From assembly GCA_963545565.1 (NCBI GenBank), contig CAUUJV010000009.1:1593-65592 (forward strand): a stretch of 64,000 nucleotides of DNA. The letters are read 5' to 3'. Made by a program: the position numbers and the translations under genes. Under the pieces are notes generated by a model. The model saw only the letters and a list, made by a program, of their open reading frames with translations, was not told the origin of the DNA and searched no databases. Of this stretch, positions 57,706-64,000 are shown one piece after another; positions within the stretch are counted from its first letter, which is position 1, and the number at the start of each line of letters is the position of its first letter. This DNA is from an uncultured Alloscardovia sp. (lineage in GTDB: Bacteria; Actinomycetota; Actinomycetes; Actinomycetales; Bifidobacteriaceae).

Positions 57706-58805
57706 TTATTCGTAGTTCGCTGGCTCTAATTTGCCATGATTTTCAATGCGCCCCGGACGGCGATAATCTGGTTCAATCCAAATCTGCAAAGTGTATTGAG
57801 GGAACTGTGTATAAAGCTCTTTCTCAATGTCGTTAATCATATCTTCTACAAAGTATTCGTTGCCAGACTGCTGAGCGGCTGCCTTGTCAATTTCAACTTT
57901 GAATGATGGGTGAATAAAATCTTCAGATTTTTGAGTAATTTCGTATGAGATAACGGATTTGACACCCTTGGCAGATGCCACAATCTCAATCATTCGGTCG
58001 ATAATGTGGCGATGCGGAGCCTCTTCATTAAGCATAGAGGCAATCTTCAACGCTAAGCCTAAACCACCAATTGCAATAAAAGTACCATCTGCCGCACCGC
58101 CGATAGCATCAAACAACTCATTGCCTGTAATGCGAGCAATAATCAAGCCAATCCCAGCAATCACCAGGCCGCACAAGGCCAAAGTGTCTTCTGTCATCAC
58201 CGTTGCCAGTTCAGCAGCCTTAGTCTTTTGCCAGAATTTGAAAATATTAAGATGCTCAATCCCCTCAAGCTTTGCCTGAGATTTGGCTTCAACAAGTGAT
58301 GTATGCAGAGAAATTCCCTCAACAATAAAAGCAAAAATAACTGCGGCGATGCCAAGGTTAAAAGCAAGGCCGTCGATTTGCTCATACCCACCCTCTTCAA
58401 TGATGGAAACAATCTTAGTGACAGAATTCATCAAAGAATACAAACCGCCAACAAAGAAAAGAAGCAGAGCAACAATCAAGCTGGAAACATTACGAAAGTT
58501 TGCCCAGCCTTGGGGATGGCGCTCATCAGGATCATGCTTTTGCGAAAACGTTTACCGAAGATGAGCATAAGCTCATTGCCGCAATCTGCAAACGAATGCA
58601 CAGACTCTGCAAGCATGGACGAAGATTTACCAATAAGAGCCGCAATAAGCTTAAAAAGGAACACTAAGAAGTTCGCAATCAGAGCCGCAATAACAGAGGA
58701 GCCTCCATGCTCATTCTTCTGCGTAGCTTTACGAATATTGCGGGCTTTGAGGTCAGCTTCGTCAATCGGCTCCATAGTTCGTGGCCTTGTAGTGTTGCTC
58801 GTCAT
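57706..58805 (-). pseudogene. Cation diffusion facilitator (CDF) family metal exporter, split by a frameshift in a short homopolymer run (A4 at 58546-58549 on the plus strand)
   Basis: The N-terminal ORF reads ...SMLAESVHSFADCGNELMLIFGKRF. The continuation SQKHDPDERHPQGWANFRNVSSLIVALLLFF... is in another frame. The ATG at 58805 overlaps the ansA stop (ATGA). Confidence 0.65.
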
Positions 58806-59803
58806 AGTGTTGTACTTAATTCTCCAGCAATTGGTCGAGGAATCCACGCAGCTAAGTCAGCACCAGTCAATCCCTGCGAGAGCAAGAACATAATCTTCGC
58901 ATACACTGCTTCCAAAGTCATATCTGAAGAGCCAACTGCACCGGCACGTGAAATAGCATCCCCTGCTTCATAATGGCCAAGAAGTACCTCAGCCTGCTGG
59001 CATTGAGAAGAAACAACCACAGGAACGCCATCATTGATGACTTTTTGAATAACTTCTGTAAGCCCTGGCTCATCAGAAGGAACATTGCCCACGCCGTATG
59101 CGCGCAACAGCACAGCTTCAGGGCGCGGAGTCAAAGCATTTTCAAGGCGTTCAGCAGTAATGCCAGGAGCCATATCAAGCACAAGAACATCATGGCGCTT
59201 ATACGGAGCAGGATTCACCCAACCAGCGCCAATACGCTCAACCGGATACCAGCGCCACGGAGCTCCAGTGCGCGCCAACGGGCCAGTGGCAGGAGCCGTA
59301 AAGCCCTCGAATGCCCACGAAGAAGTCTTCGTCACACGGTTTCCGGCAAAAAGATGATGCCCGAAGAAAAGAGTCACGCCATCAGCCTTATGGCTAATTG
59401 TGGCGTTCAAAGCTCCAGTGACGTTAGCAGTAGCATCAGTTTCAACCATTCCAAGAGGAAGCTGTGACCCGGTCAAAACCACAGGCTTGCCAAACTCTGT
59501 GAGTGCATAGCTCAAAGCAGCAGACGTATAGCTCATAGTATCTGTGCCATGCAGCACTACGAAAGCATCAGCGTCATCATGGTATGCCCACAAATCGTCA
59601 ATAATTGCTTGCCAACTATCTGGAGTCGCATTAGAAGAGTCAATCAAGGGGTCTAAGTCGGTAATAGTCACATTGCCATTACCGAGTTGACTCCCTTCCA
59701 GCACACGATCCAGCCAACCATGCAAATCAGCACCAGGAACAAGCCCCGACGGCGAATCTACCATGCCAATTGTGCCGCCGGTGTATGTAACGTGAATACG
59801 CAT
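58802..59803 (-). CDS. ansA: Type I (cytoplasmic) L-asparaginase
   Basis: N-terminal VTYTGGTIGM and HGTDTM motifs; 333 aa. Confidence 0.9.
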   Translation of the reverse strand: MRIHVTYTGGTIGMVDSPSGLVPGADLHGWLDRVLEGSQLGNGNVTITDLDPLIDSSNATPDSWQAIIDDLWAYHDDADAFVVLHGTDTMSYTSAALSYALTEFGKPVVLTGSQLPLGMVETDATANVTGALNATISHKADGVTLFFGHHLFAGNRVTKTSSWAFEGFTAPATGPLARTGAPWRWYPVERIGAGWVNPAPYKRHDVLVLDMAPGITAERLENALTPRPEAVLLRAYGVGNVPSDEPGLTEVIQKVINDGVPVVVSSQCQQAEVLLGHYEAGDAISRAGAVGSSDMTLEAVYAKIMFLLSQGLTGADLAAWIPRPIAGELSTTL

Positions 59804-59909
59804 GCTAACTCCTTTGTGCTTATTGATCTTCCTATGTTTATTCTATATTCTTTGTATTTTTACTGCTTACTTTCAGACGAGTGCAAAGGCTTCAGATTCT
59901 TTCACCCTT

Positions 59910-61418
59910 TTAGAGCTTGTCTGTTTCTGCAATGCCATCCGTAGTGGTTTCTGTTACAGTTTCAGTCTCCAAAACTTCATCAACATCAGTATCAAGCATT
60001 TCGTCCATAAGATCGCCCTTAATGCGGCCACGAACAAAGAACCAGCCAGCAATCATCGCAAGAATAACGACCACGAAGAGGGCAAGAGTCCAACGCCCAG
60101 ATTCAGACGAAAGATTGGAAAGTACTACAATACCGAAGAACAAAAGCGCAAGATAATTAGTGTACGGAGCACCGGGCATGCGGAATTCAGGGCGCTGTTC
60201 TTTTCCTTCCTTTACTCGCTTCAAGAAAACAAGATGAGTGACAAGAATTGCACCCCATGTGCCAGCAATACCAATGCCTGCAAGATTCATAATGATGTCA
60301 AAAGCATCGCTAGGAAGCACTGCATTAAGCACAACACCAATCAAACCGAGAGCAGATGTGATAATAATGCCGCCGTAAGGAACCTTATTTTTATTCATTC
60401 GTTCCGCAAACTTAGGGCCTGAACCAGCAATTGCCATTGAGCGCAGAGTGCGGCTCGTTGCATAGAGACCTGCATTCAGCGAAGAAAGTGCAGCTGTGAG
60501 CACAACTACTTGAATTATGGAGCCTGCATATGGAACACCGAGGCTAGAGAAGAAAGTAACAAATGGAGATTCGTTGGAGGAATATGCAGTGTAAGGAAGT
60601 ACAAGAGCCATAAGCACAACGGAACCAACGTAGAATACGAAGATTCGAATAATCATGGAGTTGATTGCTTTAGGAAGAACCTTCACAGCGTCTTTAGCTT
60701 CACCTGCTGCAACACCAACCATCTCAGTTCCACCGAATGCATACACAACGCCGAGGGTTAAGGCAAAGATTGGAGTAATTCCCTTTGGAAGTAGACCGCC
60801 ATAATTTACGATATTTCCAAAGCCCGCAGTAGAACCGCCCACATGAGCTCCAAAAATAATTGCAAGGATTGTAATCACCATGAACAAAACAATGGTGCCG
60901 ACCTTAATAGCAGCAAACCAGAATTCTGCCTCACCAAACATCTTCACACTCATCAAGTTGAGCACAAACACGAGTGCGAGAGCAATAAGCGCAATCACCC
61001 ACTGCGGAATGCTTTGGAAAGCACTCCAATAATGCATGTACACAGCAACTGCGGTGATATCAGCCATAACTGTGGTAGACCAGTCAAGGAAGAACAGCCA
61101 GCCAGTAATATAAGCACCTTTTTCACCAAGGAACTCGCGCGCATACGAAACGAATGCGCCAGATGACGGACGGCGCACAGCCAATTCGCCGAGGGCACGC
61201 ACCATAAGGAACGCAAAGACGCCACAGATTGCATACGCAAACATGAGGCCAGCGCCGCCTTGAGCTAAACGCCCACCAGCACCCAAGAATAGACCCGTGC
61301 CGATGGAACCGCCAATTGCAATCATCTGCAAGTGGCGTGCTTTAAGATCTTTCGAATATCCTTGGTCGCCTTTGTCTTGCTTCACTGGCGCGTTGGACTC
61401 TTGTTGGGAAGTCACCAT
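59910..61418 (-). CDS. ansP: APC-family amino-acid permease (AnsP / L-asparagine permease-like)
   Basis: LKARHLQMIAIGGSIGTGLFLGAG signature and 12 TM segments, located upstream of ansA. The start is at the ATG at 61418 or the TTG at 61433. Confidence 0.85.
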   Translation of the reverse strand: MVTSQQESNAPVKQDKGDQGYSKDLKARHLQMIAIGGSIGTGLFLGAGGRLAQGGAGLMFAYAICGVFAFLMVRALGELAVRRPSSGAFVSYAREFLGEKGAYITGWLFFLDWSTTVMADITAVAVYMHYWSAFQSIPQWVIALIALALVFVLNLMSVKMFGEAEFWFAAIKVGTIVLFMVITILAIIFGAHVGGSTAGFGNIVNYGGLLPKGITPIFALTLGVVYAFGGTEMVGVAAGEAKDAVKVLPKAINSMIIRIFVFYVGSVVLMALVLPYTAYSSNESPFVTFFSSLGVPYAGSIIQVVVLTAALSSLNAGLYATSRTLRSMAIAGSGPKFAERMNKNKVPYGGIIITSALGLIGVVLNAVLPSDAFDIIMNLAGIGIAGTWGAILVTHLVFLKRVKEGKEQRPEFRMPGAPYTNYLALLFFGIVVLSNLSSESGRWTLALFVVVILAMIAGWFFVRGRIKGDLMDEMLDTDVDEVLETETVTETTTDGIAETDKL

Positions 61419-61564
61419 GGTCTCCTTCTGCAATATATACCTTGCTTTGTTTATCGCAAAAATGTTTCACAAAAGCAGAAAAACAAGAAAAATGAGACAG
61501 ACAACCAAAAAACTGAGACAACCCAAGTTCAGATTATTTAATTTCTGTGTATGCTGCGCTCACC

Positions 61565-62746
61565 CTACCGAGGAAAACGCAGTTCCAAACCACGCTGACG
61601 AGCATACTCCACAAGACTTGCGGGGTAGGTCAACTTAGCCTTCGTGCGAAGTTCGGCACAGTTTGTACAGCCAGCCAAAGCGAGAAGATTTTTAATCTCG
61701 TGTGACCATTGACATATAAGGCCGACAGTGCCATCAACCCCGTTGTTCATGATGGATTCAAGGAAAACTCCTGATAGCCCAACAACATCTGCTCCTAGCG
61801 CAAGATACTTCATCATATCGAGAGGGTTGCGAACTCCACCGGAGGCTACCACAGTAAGGAACTGCCCACTCATGGATCCTTGTATGGAACTTTGCGCAGC
61901 CACACTATTCTTTACCGAAACAGCTTCAATCACAGCTCTGAGAGTTGAGTTGCCCCAATCTTCCAGATATGCATAATCACTTTCTGCTGCACGTGCTCTA
62001 CGAGCATTCTCAATCTGAATAAAGTTGGTACCGCCAGAGCCTGCAACATCAACAATTCTCACACCAACATTATGCAGTGCGCGCACATTTTCGCGGCTAA
62101 GACCCATGCCAACTTCTTTAACAATAACCGGCACGTTCACAGAGTCTACGATATCTTCAATATTATTCAGCCACTGCGTAAAATCGTGACTACCTTCTGG
62201 CATTACAAGCTCTTGCGCTGCATTTAAGTGAATTTGCAAAGCACAAGCATCAACCGCATCAATAACCCTACGAGCACTTGCGGGAGTGTGCTCTGCTCCC
62301 AAATTCGCAATGAAATGTGCCGTTGGATGAGACTGGCGCAAAGCTTCATAATCTGCCTGAACCTCAGGCTTTTTCACCATAATGCTCATAGATCCAAGTG
62401 CCATAATCGTGTCGGTGCGCTCTGCAACGGTAGCGAGAAGATCATTGATTGCATTCGCTCTATCTGTACCGCCGGTCATTGCATTGATAAAAAACGGATG
62501 ATCTTGCTTGACTCCAGCAAAGGTAACAGATGTATCTACATTGTTTGGAGCTACTCCCGGGAGAGCGTTGTGGATAAAGCGCGTTGCATCAAGCTCAGGC
62601 AAAGCCACATTATTCTCATGGAATTTATGAGCGAATTCGAGATGATCATTTTTACGATTTCCGATAACAAGGCGATCATCACCAAGCATTTCAAAGTCAG
62701 GCTCAGTGTTCTCAAAGTCTTGAGTTTGCTCAATATTTTCAGTCAT
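61565..62746 (-). CDS. fni: Type 2 (FMN-dependent) isopentenyl-diphosphate delta-isomerase
   Basis: TIM-barrel IDI-2 motifs (AMTGG, VKEVGMG, AGSGGTNF). The ATG at 62746 overlaps the upstream stop (ATGACTGA). The tracked ORF starts at the GTG at 62755. Confidence 0.88.
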   Translation of the reverse strand: MTENIEQTQDFENTEPDFEMLGDDRLVIGNRKNDHLEFAHKFHENNVALPELDATRFIHNALPGVAPNNVDTSVTFAGVKQDHPFFINAMTGGTDRANAINDLLATVAERTDTIMALGSMSIMVKKPEVQADYEALRQSHPTAHFIANLGAEHTPASARRVIDAVDACALQIHLNAAQELVMPEGSHDFTQWLNNIEDIVDSVNVPVIVKEVGMGLSRENVRALHNVGVRIVDVAGSGGTNFIQIENARRARAAESDYAYLEDWGNSTLRAVIEAVSVKNSVAAQSSIQGSMSGQFLTVVASGGVRNPLDMMKYLALGADVVGLSGVFLESIMNNGVDGTVGLICQWSHEIKNLLALAGCTNCAELRTKAKLTYPASLVEYARQRGLELRFPR

Positions 62747-63971
62747 TATTTTCACCAGTCAAAAATTCAGTCAAAAATTCGCAGTCTACTGGAATAATTC
62801 CAACATTCTTCCACGCTTTGCGCAAGCTTTCTAAAGAATGTGGAGAAATGGAGTCAGCACAAGCCATTGCAATAGCACAATCTCCACCACCAGCACCCGA
62901 GGACTTCGCAACAAAACCGCAGCTTTCCGCAATCTCACGCAGTCTTGTTAAAGCAGGAGTTTCCACCATGCCATCCGCGAGGTTCGATAAGCGTGTGATA
63001 AGTGCGCTCACCTCTGCATAATCATGTAGAAAAGCTTGCGAATCACTGCGTTTTAAGGCATTCTTCATGCTCAAAACCAGCCGCTCAGAGTCAGCAAGAA
63101 AACGTCTAAATTCCTGTGCTTTATCCGTTTTTACGCGGTGCATTGCTGATACAAGATGAGCAGATGAAGCGGGAGTGGAAGTCCAGCCAACCGCAGTAAT
63201 AATCTCGTGAGGCCATTTCATCACCTCTATTGTCAGCCCACTCCAATCACGTGAAATATAGTTAAGCAGAGTCTCATTCTCGTCTTTTCGCATATTTATA
63301 CTAGGGCGAATATAGAAAATTGGCTGAGCAAAAGCGCAACAGGCTAAATCACCGTATGAGCCGTTATCTCCTAGAAGCTGTTGAACATAGCAAGCAAGCT
63401 TAAAAACAATAGTATTATCAGCATTGCAGTCGGCGTTGCAATCAGCATCGCATGCTTCGTTTGCTTTTCCAGATTTCTCAAGTACCCCACAGAAATCCAG
63501 AACTGCTTTAATTACACCAACAACTACAGCACCAGATGAGCCGAAACCATATTTTTGCCCGTTTGCATCATTCAGGTGTGAATCTATACGAATATCGCAA
63601 GCCGTTGGCTTAACCCCACATTCTCGGACATACTCAAAAGCAACACGAGCAGAAGTCTGTGCGAGAATCATTGGATCGGCAGAATCAAGAGTCCCGCCTA
63701 CTGCCACAATATTTTCTGGAAATTGAGCTGAAAAAATAAGACTTGCCTGTAAAGCTAATTCTTCTGGTACTTGCTGACTTGCAGGAACAGCAGTGACTGT
63801 TAAAAAACGTGTGATAGGAACAAGAATTGCAGGTTTTCCAGCTACCACAGCATATTCGCCAGCAATATACATCTTGCCGGGAACCTGAATGATTGTTTCA
63901 CGTGAAACATTCGATTGATCTGAGGTGTTATCCAACATATCTCTCGTCAGGGATTGCTGTTCACTCTCCAT
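62739..63971 (-). CDS. mvaK2: Phosphomevalonate kinase (GHMP family, Gram-positive type)
   Basis: PGKMYIAGEYAVV N-terminal motif and GHMP ATP-binding motif GFGSSGAVVV. It lies immediately upstream of fni. Confidence 0.8.
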   Translation of the reverse strand: MESEQQSLTRDMLDNTSDQSNVSRETIIQVPGKMYIAGEYAVVAGKPAILVPITRFLTVTAVPASQQVPEELALQASLIFSAQFPENIVAVGGTLDSADPMILAQTSARVAFEYVRECGVKPTACDIRIDSHLNDANGQKYGFGSSGAVVVGVIKAVLDFCGVLEKSGKANEACDADCNADCNADNTIVFKLACYVQQLLGDNGSYGDLACCAFAQPIFYIRPSINMRKDENETLLNYISRDWSGLTIEVMKWPHEIITAVGWTSTPASSAHLVSAMHRVKTDKAQEFRRFLADSERLVLSMKNALKRSDSQAFLHDYAEVSALITRLSNLADGMVETPALTRLREIAESCGFVAKSSGAGGGDCAIAMACADSISPHSLESLRKAWKNVGIIPVDCEFLTEFLTGENND

Positions 63972-64000
63972 ACAGTTCGCCCCATTCTTGCTCTGAGAGT
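63961..64000 (-). CDS. 3' end (last 13 codons, ...LSEQEWGELYGE) of the upstream gene in the mevalonate operon. By usual operon order this is probably diphosphomevalonate decarboxylase.
   Basis: An open frame enters from the right edge, and its TGA stop at 63961-63963 overlaps the start region of the phosphomevalonate kinase gene. Identity is inferred only from the usual mvk-mvaD-mvaK2-fni order. Confidence 0.3.
   Translation of the reverse strand, partial: LSEQEWGELYGE

Noticed and set aside
59802-60422. 206-aa ORF on the plus strand. Similar antisense ORFs lie at 35193-35801, 62228-62797, 1322-1912, 52356-52922 and 58303-58893.
   Set aside because: All lie antisense to confidently identified genes (ansP, glgP, fni, ClC, creatininase, CDF) and have implausible compositions. 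I treat them as shadow ORFs.
62569-62577. A single perfect DnaA box (TGTGGATAA) inside the fni coding sequence.
   Set aside because: One isolated 9-mer match in 64 kb is about what chance predicts (~0.5 expected), and it lies inside a CDS.

Overview
This window is a core-chromosome segment of a moderately low-GC actinobacterium. Gene content and order look Bifidobacteriaceae-like, and the composition is Gardnerella-like by eye; this taxon call is inference only. I count about 55 protein genes and 4 tRNAs (Gly-CCC, Leu-CAG, Ile-GAT, Ala-TGC). There is no rRNA, no CRISPR array, and no recognisable transposase, integrase or phage gene.

Gene landmarks:
- purA, fbaA and a polar amino-acid ABC transporter.
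- htpX, fprA, htrA and tgt.
- The conserved actinobacterial division and signalling cluster fhaA-fhaB-pstP-rodA-pbpA-pknA-pknB, followed by a class E sortase, a DUF881 gene, crgA and a rhomboid protease.
- glgP, trpS, ppc with a beta-carbonic anhydrase, and dps.
- A codA / PucR-type regulator / MFS transporter / creatininase-family locus.
- cysK-cysE, ansP-ansA, and the distal end of a mevalonate-pathway operon (phosphomevalonate kinase, type 2 IPP isomerase).

Observations most worth follow-up:
1. A 23-codon ORF with 6 Cys codons, with a promoter-like pair and a strong SD, followed by an intrinsic terminator, sits in front of cysK-cysE. This is a candidate cysteine leader-peptide attenuator.
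2. The two crcB (Fluc fluoride channel) paralogs are separated by an inserted module of a small alarmone synthetase plus a two-component system, and the whole unit lies directly downstream of purA.
3. Two perfect DnaA boxes plus one 8/9 copy lie between two convergent gene ends, far from any dnaA or dnaN gene.
4. The codA-creatininase locus may be decaying.
5. Four genes are interrupted by single frameshifts, three of them transporters.
6. Several exact short tandem repeats lie in intergenic regions, notably upstream of dps and between ppc and the carbonic anhydrase gene.

I found no clearly novel multi-gene system such as a defence island or biosynthetic cluster. All calls rest on reading the translations and the DNA by eye; no database search or RNA folding was possible.
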